Positions 12,990 through 25,215 are shown, counted from the first letter of the stretch. The stretch is DNA of 64,000 nt from Lama glama (GCA_028534125.1 CM052818.1:13022001-13086000), one strand, 5' to 3'. Translations and numbers: made by a program. The notes: generated from the letters alone by a model not told the origin.

Positions 12990-14152
12990 ATCTCCATCCA
13001 CTGGCCTCTGGTCACCACAATCCCTGGTGGGACTAATGTCCCAGCGCATGACCCAGATGGGCTCTTTGGGCTTTTAGGCGGTGTAAGGCGAACGGATGGT
13101 CCCGGTTTTCACCTCGTCGAGGGCCTCCTTGATGTCCTTAATGGCCAGCAAGATGCCATCCCTCTTCTTGCTGTACTGACTGCGCAGCCTCACCCGCCGC
13201 AGTGCCCGCCACCCGCTGCTGCCTCACCAGTGCCTGAAGCCCGGAACTGTCCGACCAGGGTGAGGGCGTGCTCTAGGTTACGCTTGGCCTCCGGCATGTC
13301 CTTGGCCACCTTGTCAAGGCCCTGTGAGCGCATACTCTCCTTGACCTCGGCGACGATCTGGTCGATGTCCTCTTCCTGCTCTTAGCCATCCAAGCGCGGA
13401 TTTGGCGCAAACTCAGCCTCCTCAGGGTTGTTGGATTCGCAGTCGGAGCTCTGGTCACAGTGGTGCAGCCGCGCGCCCAGAGTCCCCTGCCGGTCCACGA
13501 CCTTGTCGCATTCCTCCTCGACCACCCACAGGCCTTTAAGCGTCCAGCTTGGGCACATCCCCGCCCTCCTCTTACAGCGCTTCGGGAGGCCCCCAGCCGC
13601 CCGCATAAGCCTCTGCGCATTCACGGCTCCTCGTGCTCCAGCGAGTGGAGGTGATTGGTCAGTGCGCGGTGGGGCGCGGCCTCTGCGTGCTCGGCCTCCG
13701 CGTGCCCCTGTGGCGCCTGCTCCGTGCACTCCTCAGCGTCAGGGCCGTACGCGAGAGACATGATTCGTCCGCGGGGTCCCGTGCGCGCTTTGCGTCGTAG
13801 CCGTCACGGGCCGCGGCAGTCACGTTTCCGTATGGTTGTGGAAGCCGCTCTCGGTGCTGGCCAAGCACGCCAAGCATTCCCTGCTCTGCTTCTCCTCTTG
13901 CTGCTGCTCCCCGGGCTGGGCACAGAGGTCCTCAACGGTGCTGCCCGCACGGAGCCGACCCACACGGAGTGCTGCTGCTGCTCCTCCTCCACCTCTGGGT
14001 TCTCCAGGTAGGCCTCAGCCGACTTGTTCACTTCCTCACCGGCCGCCTTGACAGTCACCTCCACCCCCCTCCAAGTGGTTCATGGTGGGAGTTGGGGACG
14101 GCTGGGCGAGAATCTGGGCCGGCTCATTGTGCTCTCGCCTTGCTCCACTCGG
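12990..14152 (-). pseudogene. APBA1: Partial APBA1 (Mint1/X11-alpha) pseudogene: first coding exon only
   Basis: ATG at 14083 (MNHLEG) with a ccaccATG context. Fragments in several frames match the APBA1 N-terminus: AAGEEVNKSAEAYLENPEVEEEQQQ, AAARDGYDAKRARDPADES, LGARLHHCDQSSDCESNNPEEAEFAP, EQEEDIDQIVAEVKESM, LAIKDIKEALDEVKT and EPIWVMRWDISPTRDCGDQRPVDGD. There is a frameshift between 14083 and 14064, further frameshifts, and an in-frame TAA at 13384-13382. Confidence 0.93.
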
Positions 14153-14395
14153 CTAAACAAGAAGGCGGAGGGGTTGGGGGAAGTTTGGGAAGGAGGGGTG
14201 GCGGCTGGTGGTTCAGGCTCTGGGGCTCCAGCCAGGGATTAGTAGTGTAGACTAACACTGTAGTGATTACCAAAGGCCTCTCTCCTGCGTCTTTGGGGAA
14301 GTCATCAGCTGTACTGACCGTGTCTTAGTACTCATATGTACATGAGAAGCCAAAAGAATCATCTCCTCTCTGATTTCTCTATTTCTCTGGTAAGT

Positions 14396-14580
14396 ACCGG
14401 AGGCTCTCAACCATTACCGCACACATAGAATCACCTGGGAAGCTTTCAGACTAGACCTCAGTCCTGGCTCCATCCTGAGAAGTACTGATTTAATTAGTCT
14501 CAGGTGGAGCACAGACATTGCCGTGTAATAAAAACTTCCCAGGTGATTCTACTGCACAGCAAGTTTTGAGAATCTCTGGT
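14396..14580. mobile_element. MER5A-like DNA transposon
   Basis: cacatagaatcacctgggaagcttt...ctgatttaattagtctcaggtggagc...ttcccaggtgattct...ttgagaatctctg. Confidence 0.8.
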
Positions 14581-14599
14581 GTATACAAAAGTGTTTTAT

Positions 14600-14830
14600 T
14601 TATTGAGATCTTGCTAGGTGTTGAGCATTGCTCTAAGTTACTTCCAAGCATAATCTCATTCAAGTTTCAGAACAACTCTACTTGATAGTTACTACTATTA
14701 TACCCATTTTATAGATGAAGCAATTAAACTTAGAGTGGTTCGTCATTTAAATAGCCGTTAAGTTTCAGAAACAGGAATCTTTATCTGGTCTTTATGGCCG
14801 GAGTCCACACGTTTAGCAATTATGTTATGC
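14600..14830 (-). mobile_element. MIR SINE
   Basis: tactattatacccattttatagatgaagcaattaaacttagag. Confidence 0.75.
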
Positions 14831-15189
14831 TGTTTCCCACTATATTCTGCTACCTTCTGAATACATAAGATTGTGATAACCACATCCAAACAGGAACAAA
14901 ATACTAGATATGTTATCAAGTGGGAATAGGGAAATAAAAGATCAAATAGGTAAGGAGGATTTGCTAAATGTAAAACAAATAGATTTTGTTGCCCTGTCAG
15001 CTGTGAGGTCACTTTCTTGACCTCTTAAGCACCATGCAGTTTCTTTTGGGGGGAAGAAAATGATGATGACGAGAATGACATGGCAATAATGTAAGAATAT
15101 TAGGGTGCTCACTCTTTCTTTTAGATAGAAAAATTCATAAAGATACACTCACATACATATGACAGAATTTAAAGGAACCTTAAAATAGT

Positions 15190-15320
15190 CGACACCAGTC
15201 TTTTAACTTTACATATGAGGAAACCAGGACTCAGAAAAGTGAAGTGACTTTTTCAGTGTCACGCATATTTGAAGAACCTGAGAGTAAGTCTCCTGACTCC
15301 TACTTCGGGTCACTTTTCCA
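15190..15320 (-). mobile_element. MIR SINE fragment
   Basis: tttacatatgaggaaaccaggactcagaaaagtgaagtgactt. Confidence 0.65.
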
Positions 15321-15618
15321 TATCCAGCGACGAAGAGCTCCTCAGGAAGTTGAATCAGTACCAGAAAATACACAACATGCTATAATTGCATTCCTCCAGC
15401 CTACTGCCATGATATTACCAACTGAGCCACACTCTTGTGCTTATTCTGAGAGTCAGAAGATAGTTTGCAGGGAAATAGCCTTCTTGGGATAGCCTTAGAG
15501 CTATGTCTTCCATTATCTATACCTGAAAAAAAAAAAACAAGTATCTTTTCCAGAATGACTGCCTAAACCATGTGAAATGAGACCAGCGAAGCCATAAACA
15601 TTTTTAGGCTTTGCTTTC

Positions 15619-15797
15619 TCAGTGTTTTCCAAACTGATTCTAGACTGTCAGGTCAGAATTACTCAGGGTACTTATATCAAAATAGAGATTTGTGGGCCAC
15701 AAACCAGAGCTGCCAGATCAGAATTTCTGGAGGTGAAGCCCATTTTGAAAAACTACTCAGGTGATTCTTCTGCACGTGAACATTAAAGAATCTCTGA
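15619..15797. mobile_element. MER5-like DNA transposon
   Basis: cagtgttttccaaact...tcagaattactcaggg...atcagaatttctggagg...ctcaggtgattctt. Confidence 0.7.
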
Positions 15798-17094
15798 TTT
15801 TCGGCAGCAACCTTTCCTGCTGCAAGTGGGTTCCCAGAAGAACCAGAATAAAATCAGCAACTTCACAACCAAAAAAAGCTTTCTGCTTTTTCAATTCTGA
15901 TCCTTAACTCAAGCTGAGAACCATGATATTCCACTAGGAAATCCTCAAGGCTAGATATACCATAAGCCAGGCTGGAAGGCCTAGATGAACATTCTCTGAC
16001 TCCCCTGCCTTTTGATCTTAGGTGTTGGAAGCAACAGAGAATGGCGACTTGTGTGCTCCGGGTCTCCACTCTTGATGCCTTATCTGCTGCCAAGAGGACC
16101 ATCTGAAGAGGTAGGTGGCAGACACGGTGGCTCAGCTCCTGCCCTGCTCTGCATTACTTCCCTCAACCAGTGGCTTTCCAGAGAGCGACACTCTCACACT
16201 CCTGCGGTCACTTGCCATGGTTACACTTATTGTCTCTGGGGTATTCAGCCTTTCGATCTAGGCTAGCATTGGAAGTACGAGTGGAGCTCTCTGATGAACA
16301 TAAAAAGGTCTTACATCTTCTCATAATATTTAACCGAAAAAGCAAAACTGTAAGAACATCAGACACTTGCTCTTTGAAAGGAAGGCAACACTCCAGAGAA
16401 AAAGCATGTTTCTTTTTATTCGAAGACTGATTTCTCAAGGCATAGGTGTGCCTTCTGTGACTTTATAGCCTCTTAGTACCAGGCCTGTCTGATCAGGAAT
16501 GTGACACATCCTGACAATTTGATGTCATGTATCTGTGATGCAGGTAGAGGCCAGAGAACAAGGAAGGACCAAAGGGAGTTGTTTCTAACCATCTCTATTG
16601 AAAGTCCCCATCCAGCTATTTGAATTAAACTGAACCGTGTGGTATTATCATGGACCATTATATGTTACCTATCAAAATCTTTAGTGAATCTCTTCAAACA
16701 GAATCAAACCCATATATAATAGGTAAATTTACTAAAATAGAAGAAAACTGGAAAATCCTTGTTTTCCAATCTCCTGAATAAACAAAATCTGAAACTTAAT
16801 CTGATTTATATCCCTAGTCCAAATCCAGTCCAGTGTGCTCAGAATTTCTACACCGTAGTATCAAAATATATTACAGTGAAACCTATTTTGGACAAACTGT
16901 TCAACCAAAATCCAATCATCAGTTAGGGCATTCAGTTCTAGAGGGAGATGTGGTAACAAAAGTGGGAAGTCTAAGCAAAAATGTGACCCTGTGGAACAGG
17001 TCCTAAGGCATGCCCCTGTGTAATGAAACTCTGGACCTGACTACTGCAGAGACACATGACTGGAGTGGTTATGGCTGGGCCCAAGTAGGATAGG

Positions 17095-17896
17095 ACATTG
17101 AGTTTTACTTTTTTTCTTTTTTTTTGTGCAACCAAGCACATTGTCTTGTATTAAGATTTAAATACCAAGTTCTGATGCTGTGGGAGGGACATAAAGTATT
17201 AAAATATTAATAAGTGTATTTCCTTCCTCAGTTAGGAACTGGGATTGAGCTCATCTGTGGGTTTGTCTGTAGAGACAGCTGTGAGGATCTGGGAGTGACT
17301 AATGTATAGACCAGGAAGTTGATGGTAACAAAGGAGGCAACTTAGAGGTTGCAATCATATATAGCATGCTGGTGGAACCAGTCCGGTGGAAGAAAGTCTT
17401 CCAGTTCATTCCAACTGGAAAATAGTTTTCTTCCTTAATCGCAGGGTTGTCATTTTACTCTGAGCCAACTCTCTGCAGTCAGCGTTTCTCAGAACGGAGG
17501 GTGCAGTGGAATTCTGTGGCTAGGGTGAGACACCTGCCACTGGCACCAGCACAAGGATGTTTAGTGCTTGGCCTGAAGTGTGCCCATTAAACAGTTGAAT
17601 ATGGAAACCAGGACCATCCAGCTGGAAAGCTTCATCTCCTTCCATGTCTCTTAAACACAGAGACACCTGGGCTCCCCAATAATGCTGACATTTAAAGGAG
17701 ATTCTATCTTTAAGAGGCAGTGACTTAACTACCAACATGATCTCATTCACTTTTGTTCTAGAAATATTTTGACACTTATTAATATTTAATACTTAAATGT
17801 CCCTCCCACAGCATCAGAACTTGGTATTATTTAAATCTTAATATAAGACAATGTGCTTGCTTATTGCTTGCAAAAAAGAAAAGTATAACTCAATGT
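17095..17896. repeat. Inverted repeat: arms 17095-17217 and 17772-17896, spacer ~555 bp
   Basis: A 32-bp exact reverse-complement block (17161-17192 vs 17797-17828) sits within ~125-bp arms that align with a few small indels. Confidence 0.93.
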
Positions 17897-18229
17897 TTGC
17901 TCTAAATGTGTTTACAATCTACTATTAATAATATTTTATGCATACAAAATGGTGAAATAACCAGGAACCCAATCTAGGAGAATCTGAGTTTGTTAAAGGC
18001 AGGTAGAGCCTGAATATGTCTTTCTAAATACCTTTTTCCTCATTTTTCAGAGTTTTGTTTTTTTTTTTTTTTCTGCTTAATGTCAGAGGTTTGGAAAGTT
18101 TTGTAGGTACAAGGGGACATTTTCTATCTGGATTCAGTTTTCAGCTGTTACTTCCTGCCTTTTGAGTATTATTGAGGATGTGTAAGAGGAAGGGAAGAGA
18201 TACAAGAGCTGATTCAGTCTATCAGTCCA

Positions 18230-18470
18230 TCAATATATTTTAGGTACTTATTTTTAATCCGAAGCATGAACTTTAACATCTATTCTAAGTGTGTATTTTT
18301 CCATATGTTTCCAACATTCTTCACAACCACCCTATGAGATACGTATACTTCTTAGATCCATTTTATAACTTAGACTTCGATATGCTATGTAACTTGCCCA
18401 AGGCTAGTAGTCAGTTAGAAAGTGGTAGAGTTGGGAGTTAAGTCCAGTTCTGCCTATCCTCAAAGCAATG
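18230..18470 (-). mobile_element. MIR SINE
   Basis: ttcacaaccaccctatgagata...gtaacttgcccaagg...agtggtagagttggga. Confidence 0.7.
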
Positions 18471-19220
18471 CTCCTAAAACATCATCAGATATCACCTCCT
18501 GCTGTAACTAGCTGCCTGCCGAATAATTTGTATGGACATGGTGTTAGGGGTGGAGGTAGAAGTGGAGAATCATTTCAGTTTAGACCAAAATTTGTAGAAT
18601 TCAGAGAATTCCCAGCATGTCAGCAAAACTGATGGGATGGACAAACTCGCCATATTTTCTTGAGGTGACAGAAAGCTAATTTGTTATGATTATTGACCTT
18701 TGAGGGATTTTGAAATACCCCAAGGTAAGTTCATATACCCACAAAATGTTTGTACGAATTCACAAGGCTGGTATAACCACTGCAGTCCATTCAGAACTAG
18801 TCAGGGCCCATGGACTCAGGTGAAGGGCATCATTTCTAAGGGAAGAAGGAAAGCTTGACACATGAACCAGGTCTTAAGCGTAGTGTAGTGTCTCCTCTCC
18901 TTTGCCTGCTGCCTCAGCTGCCGTCCACTCTAATCCTATGGTTATGACAGTTGAGGGAGAGTAGAGGGAAGATCAAATTCTTAGGAGGAATTGAACTTCA
19001 ATGCAAGCTGCTTTTGTGTAACAGAGAGGCCAAAAACAAGAGAGAGTGCCAAATTCTACCTCACGTTTGTAATTTAGTCCTTAACGCCATACAGCTTTGG
19101 TACATTGGATGACAGGCTTGAGAAGTATCAGTGGGATCTGTCATCATGGAGTAATTGATGTGTTCTGCTAGGGACCTCCAGAACAATTTTCACAGTTGGT
19201 TCTAAGTGATGTGAGAGATT

Positions 19221-19247
19221 GCGCGCGCACACACACACACACACACC
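19221..19247. repeat. (CG)n(CA)n microsatellite
   Basis: gcgcgcgcacacacacacacacacac. Confidence 0.9.
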
Positions 19248-20289
19248 CAGAAATAATAACAATAATTAGGATTGAAAAGTGATCAGAAGGCTTGACCTAC
19301 CAGTGAAAAGAGAAGTGGTTTCACTCCCAGTGAGAAGACTGGAATGTAACGAAATGGAGTCCCCAGTGTGATCCACCAGCAAAAGCATCACTGTAAAATG
19401 AAGTGGCTTTTATATCTTCTAATAACCCCCTTTATTTCTAAGTAGTGGCCCCACTGAATTCTACTGAAGCTATACAAAATGCATTTCTCAACTGATAAGT
19501 TCTCCAAAACCACAAACGTAGTGTGTCAAGAGCCTCCTATTACTTATTATTATTCAAATAACTGTCAAAATAAAATGTTAGTTGCTTCTCCAGTCAGAAG
19601 AGTCCCTTTAGACCATGAAAGAAATGGTAATTAGAGAGAATCCCTACTGGATGCCATTGATCTTTCACTCAGGATTGAAGTCTTTCTGTAGGAAATCAGA
19701 ACTGACATGATAAGTTAATACTTGCATATAAAGTGTCAGTATGCCTTGGGTATTTAATTTCAGATGCTGATTGGAAGATACTAGACCGCTATGTATTTTT
19801 TAAAGCATTAGTACTTAATAATTTCTACTTACTTTGCTATAAGTTGCTTGATTTTAAAAATGAGAATAATATATAGCTTCATAGGCTCTGCTTTCTTATT
19901 TATATTCATATCGATTATATGTGTGTTATAATGTTTTGTTTATTTCTTATGTTTTTCCATGGCTCGGTGGGGAAGGTGTTTCTGGTGTTTTTATGGATTC
20001 ATGTCTTAAGCTAGAAATTGGACATACTGCCATGAAACTCACTTTCTGTAGAAGAGTTTACAACAATAGTTGTGATAAAACAGACCGTGGCAGCATGGGG
20101 TGGATTCTTGTTGTCCTTTGTTCTTAACATTTATTGGTTTTATGAGATTTTGTTTTTGTTGTTGTTTATCGGTTTAATTCTTTGCTTTTGGATGATGGAG
20201 AGGTTTTATCTAATTTCAGTCCCACTGACCCTTTTTTTTTAGACATAGCTTGCTTCTCCATCTGCCGTGTTAAAGAACTTGAACTGTTA

Positions 20290-20560
20290 TGTTGCAGTTG
20301 AGATTTTCAAAAGGCACTTGAGATCAGTTGCAATTATGTAGGTGAGGGTAGCACAGACCAGAAAAGTAGCTGTGGAGCTGATAAGTGGTGGGTTAATAGA
20401 TATATTTGAAAGGTAATACCATGGGATTTGCTGATGGAGGGAGGAAGAGAGAAAGGGTTTGACATAAGCAACTAGAAGGCTGGACATGTCCCCGCTCAGA
20501 AAACCTGTAGCCAGAAATTATACTTAAATAGATCAAACTCTGATTAAAAAGTGGGGTTTG
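20290..20560 (-). mobile_element. L2 LINE fragment
   Basis: agatatatttgaaaggtaataccatgggatttgctgatggaggg. Confidence 0.55.
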
Positions 20561-21400
20561 GACTTCTGCTTTCTTGTCTGGCATGTAAGAAGCTTAGAAG
20601 TCATTGCTCCACTCCAACAAGTAAAAAGCTGAACAGACTAAAAAGTTAATGACTCATCTTAGATCCACCAGAGAACTGAGATCACAGGGCAAACTACTGC
20701 CCTCCCAAATTGGGGAGACAGACAGGCCAATATACAGAATCACAACTTACTAGAGAAGAAACCTATGAGCAGTAACCTCCATGCGAACCAGCGCAGGGTA
20801 GGAGCACCTGACCTGTAATTGATGAATTGCTGGAGGCTCAGTGTGGCCAAATGTGAGAATTTGAAACCCCACGGGGGCCCAGTCATGGAGGTCCCCAACA
20901 CTTTTGTAGGTTTTACCTCCAGGAGCTCTACAGGTCCTCACAGTGAATGTCAGAGAAAAATCTCTTCATGCTTGCCATAGGAGAGGGCAAAAGAAAGCCA
21001 GAGAATTCTGGTATTCTTAACAAGGCCTGCCCTCAGGTGAAACTATTTTACCAGAGTCCAGCCTACCTGCGGGAAGGGAAATACACAATTGCAATCCCCT
21101 CAGCCATCCTGTCTCATGTAAGGGAAGAAAAAAATGAAAAGCACTGGTAAAATTCACAATCTAGGGGTGCAGGCTCATTATAAGACTCACACATAATTAT
21201 AGGACTCATAAGCATCACAGAATGCTTCCCCTCCCCCCACACCTTACCACTACATTACTAAAGGCCTTTTATCCAGTGCATCATGTCCACCTTTCAAAAA
21301 AAAAAATTTACAAGACGTGCTAATAGGAAAACACACACACAGAGTTCAAAGAGACTGGACAAGCATTTGGGCCAGAGTCAAAAATGTCAGCTATGACAGG
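20560..21400 (+). mobile_element. Old L1M 5'-end region
   Basis: ggacttctgctttc...aagtaaaaagctgaacagact...gagaactgagatcacagggcaaac...catgtccacctttcaaaaaaaaaatttacaagac. Resembles ancient L1 5' UTR consensus. Confidence 0.55.
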
Positions 21401-21419
21401 GTGGGGTATACTTAATGTT

Positions 21420-21938
21420 AGATGCAAATGATCAGATCAAGGCAAGGGTGCAACACTGATGGAAAGTGTTCATGTTAGGCCCAGATCCTCCTTCGACCCC
21501 TTCATTTTTTCTATCTGTCCTGCTCCCAGCTTTTATGCAATTTTGCCTCCCATGGGCTACACCTGTCATTCTACTGTGACCTACTGTCCTCAGGCTACCA
21601 GGGCCACTTTCTACCAGTACAGAAAGCTGGAAGTATCTGTAATTTACATTCTTACCAACACCACGCCCACACCCTTGCTCTGCATCCAGTCCTTTACAGG
21701 TGACAGGCAGTGTGTCAGGATGACAGCTCAGCTTACTTGCCTTGACTCAGGACGTTTACATTCCATAGTTCCCTTGCAGCATCAGGCTAAGTTACCCTCC
21801 AGAAATTGGCCCTTGCTTGGCTTATCTGCCCTTCTTTTTACTCTCCCCCCATTTCTTTCCTGGTTTCTCCAGAGAGCATTTTCCAAACACAAGAATCTTT
21901 GTCCCAGAGTCTTCTTGTGGGAAACTCAACCTAAAACA
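21420..21938 (+). mobile_element. ERVL-type LTR remnant (LTR16-like)
   Basis: The end matches LTR16-type sequence: cacaagaatctttgtcccagagtcttcttgtgggaaactcaacctaaaaca. Confidence 0.55.
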
Positions 21939-21949
21939 TTTTATTGTAA

Positions 21950-22140
21950 ACTTTCACAGCACCTTGTACTTTCTACTCAATTCATGAACAATTACTGTTC
22001 AAAATCTACTTTCCCCAGTAGTGTATCAACTGCCTAAGTGGGAGGACTGGATTGTCCACACCGCTGTATCCCTAGTGTCTAACCTAATTAGTGGCTCATA
22101 GATTCAAATACATGTTGGATTTTAAATGAATGAATGAGCA
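21950..22140 (+). mobile_element. L2 LINE 3' end
   Basis: caccgctgtatccctagtgtcta...tcaaatacatgttgg...aaatgaatgaatga. Confidence 0.7.
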
Positions 22141-24459
22141 AACCAAGAGGGTCAAGATTAATTAGTGAATTAGTGACATGTTTTTAATTTTTTAAAAGGG
22201 CACAGTGTTTTATTGACTTTAAGTAGATTTAGTGAATTAACCTAAGATAGACAAGCAAGCCTTACTACTGAAAAACAGAAGCCCTTAGGAATGTGCTTGT
22301 CAATTTTCAGCCTTCTGGGCCTTTACATTTTCAACTCTGACCATTTTCCTTAAAAGAAAAGATAGAATAAAGAAAGGCACTACGTAGGTAACACTTGCAC
22401 TGGGTACATGGTTATCCTAGTCATTCTTGCCCTTAAGTTCCATCCTCATAATTATGATGAATTGAACAATGTTCAAAGTATCAGATTCTTTGAATGTCAT
22501 CAGCAAGATACAGCACCTGGTTCAAGGCCCAGTCACCCCGTTGCTGCTCATGTCTGCTAAGTGAGGCCTCAGCAAATGGTTCAGGTCACTAGAGCAGTCA
22601 GTCCAGGAGAGAAAATGTGTGCACTAATCCACATCTTCATCAAAACGAAAAGAAACTGACTGATTCTCTCATTGGGAGCTGTCAGTCACTTGAGACACCA
22701 AGTTGCAGCAAGTAGATTTCCTGAATAATTTTAAGGCAAAGAATATGGAGGAAAAGGACACAGAAAAAAAATCAAGAGTCAGTTCTCTCTGCTATTCTGC
22801 CTAGAATTTTAACTACCAAGCCAAACTAATTTGAATTCTTTGTTTTTTTAATCTTTTTTTAAGTTGTCTTTTTCCTCTGCAATCTGAATACACAACATTC
22901 AATATAAATGTCAATTTTGAGTTGTAACATGAAAAAAGATGTGTTCATTATCATGAGACCTTGGCTCCAACTTGCACCATGTTCCCTTGGGGAGCTAAGG
23001 AAACTTTGCTCAAGATGAAAGAAATGAGGGTTCTGCTGTGAGTTGGAGAGAGTCCTGGGAAGGAAAAAGTCAATGTACATTGTCTGCAAAGATATCTTTT
23101 TTATAAAAGCCTCATGCTAACATTTTAGAAATAGTCATGCCATCTGAGAAAAGAATGAGAACTGTTTGACTTAACTCACTAAAGTTAGAGGTAATTCAGG
23201 TGATTTTGAACTCAATCACTTCTCTGTTCTGCCATAAATGCAAATTAACTGAATTAAAATATGTATAATTATTCCAATTTTTAGATGAAAGATATATTCA
23301 CATAGTAAATTAAAAGTAAAGGTAAAAAAGAGATAAGATTCCTTAGTTCATGGCAGGGTTGTTCTATTTTTGATTTGTTTTTATTGCAGTTGATTTAGAA
23401 TTTCCTTAATGCTGTTCCTGTGGCCTGATAGACATTTGATAAAGCCTGATGGTTACATTTTTAAGTTCCTGGATTTATACTACTGTTCTTTCAAAAATAG
23501 GCAATAAGCTTACAAAAAGAAGGCACTAGAATGGTTAATGGAGATGAATAAATCAGAAACGGAAAATAAGGACTGAGAAAACAGTAGGAATTTAAAGATG
23601 CTAGTTGTGGTTAGTGCTGTTTATATGACTAAATTTCTAAATGTGGCTCTGGACTTCATGACAGCCAGCCAAAAGGCCAAACCTGGTAAGTCTAAACACA
23701 CCAAAGAAGAGATGGAAAAGACCTCACTACTTCATTATATGAGACAAATATTTCCCAGTTATAAATTTTAGACTAAATTTTTTACTTAGGATTGTCTATA
23801 AGAGATCCTGTTTGTTCAATGGACATTATACCTGGTAATATTTTTACAGTAAACATATGATCATTTCGTGAAATGATACTTCGTTAAATGTTTAATACAA
23901 TTGAGTGAAGATGAGTCTGTGAGCCAAGCTTATGTGGCAAACTCTGGTGATCTGATTTGTTTTAATGACAATTTTAAATTACCAAAAATAGAGAGTACTT
24001 TACTTTTCCTAAGTGAAACTTTTCTCAGGCTTTTATTAAGAGCTAGATGGTAGAAAAATTAGATGACTCTCTCCAGCCAGGATTTGAGAAGCAAATTTCT
24101 GTGTGTTGAAGAAAGCTCCACATGCTTCAGAAGCCAAATAGGCAGGTAAATAGACTGATCTATTCTCATGACGGTAATAATCTACTACTTTCCTTTGACT
24201 TAAATGATGATCCATCTATGCCTACAGGTGAGCATTTGTTAGAAAGCCATGAGTGTTTTTAGGAAAAGATTTCAAATGTGATCCAGCACTTAAATAAGCC
24301 ATAGAATTTATACCCTTACGTGGCAAAAAACAGTTTTGGCTTAGCAGCACTTTTTCTTTTGGAAAAAAATGCAAGGATGCCAGTGATCCCAGGTTACACT
24401 TCTACACAATACTTTAGCTGCTTTTGTCGTAACAATGACAAAAATAATAGTGATGATAA

Positions 24460-24690
24460 TAGTATTATTTATTGCAAGTGTAATTATTTATGTGTAAAGC
24501 ACTGTTTCCACTGACTTACACATAATAACATGTAATCGTCCCAAAAATATGTAAATTAGATATTATTATCCCCATTATACAGATGAGAATACTGAAATAT
24601 GAAGCTCATTAAGGTTACATGTCACACAGCTACAATGAGTCAGAGCCCAGGCAGTCTAATTTCAAAGACTGAGCTCTTAATCACTATGCT
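24460..24690 (-). mobile_element. MIR SINE
   Basis: tattattatccccattatacagatgagaatactga...gtcacacagcta...cccaggcagtcta. Confidence 0.8.
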
Positions 24691-24729
24691 AAAAGTGAAC
24701 AACTATAAGAATTATAATTAGAGAAACAA

Positions 24730-25215
24730 ACTTATCACTAGATAATCACATAATTGTCTACATTGGAAATTCAACAGGATATACAAATTAACCATTCTCA
24801 GGTTTACTTGATAAAACATCAACAAAAGAAAATAAGAAGTTCTCATACCTCTGTAATAAACCAAATAGGAAAAAAAGTAGTAGAAAAAAAGACCCCATTC
24901 ACAAAATCAACAAAAACTATAGAGCATCTAGGAATAAATGTAACAGAAGATATGTAAGACCTCCATGAATGAAACTGCAAAGCATTATAAAAGGATATGA
25001 ATAAATTAAAGATTAATGGATAGAAAAACTCAATATTCTAGATAGATGGATGGATAGATAGACCCAGTTCACTTCCCATCAAACTTTGAAGCAGTACTTT
25101 TATGAAAATTTATAAATTAATCTCTAAAACCAATATGGACAATAAAGATAGTCAAGACTAAAGAAGAACAAGATACCAAGACACAAAAGACATAGTAATT
25201 AGGTAATTAAAACAG
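24730..25215 (+). mobile_element. Old L1M ORF2 fragment (appears to resume at ~29665)
   Basis: ORF 24754..24957 ends PFTKSTKTIEHLGINVTEDM (compare ORF2 KYLGINLTK). The fragment ends at gtaattaaaacagtg. Confidence 0.7.

Noticed and set aside
12990..14083. Functional APBA1 gene
   Set aside because: Frameshift within the first 20 nt of CDS, further frameshifts and in-frame stops, no downstream PTB/PDZ exons in the window, and a neighbour (CCDC85A) that is not linked to APBA1 in human.
12951..14250. Cluster of plus-strand ORFs (144, 111, 118, 93 aa)
   Set aside because: Antisense shadows of the GC-rich APBA1 pseudogene, where stop codons are scarce. No independent protein similarity.
21459..22037. 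192-aa ORF
   Set aside because: Lies across an LTR remnant and L2, with no recognisable domain or splice context.
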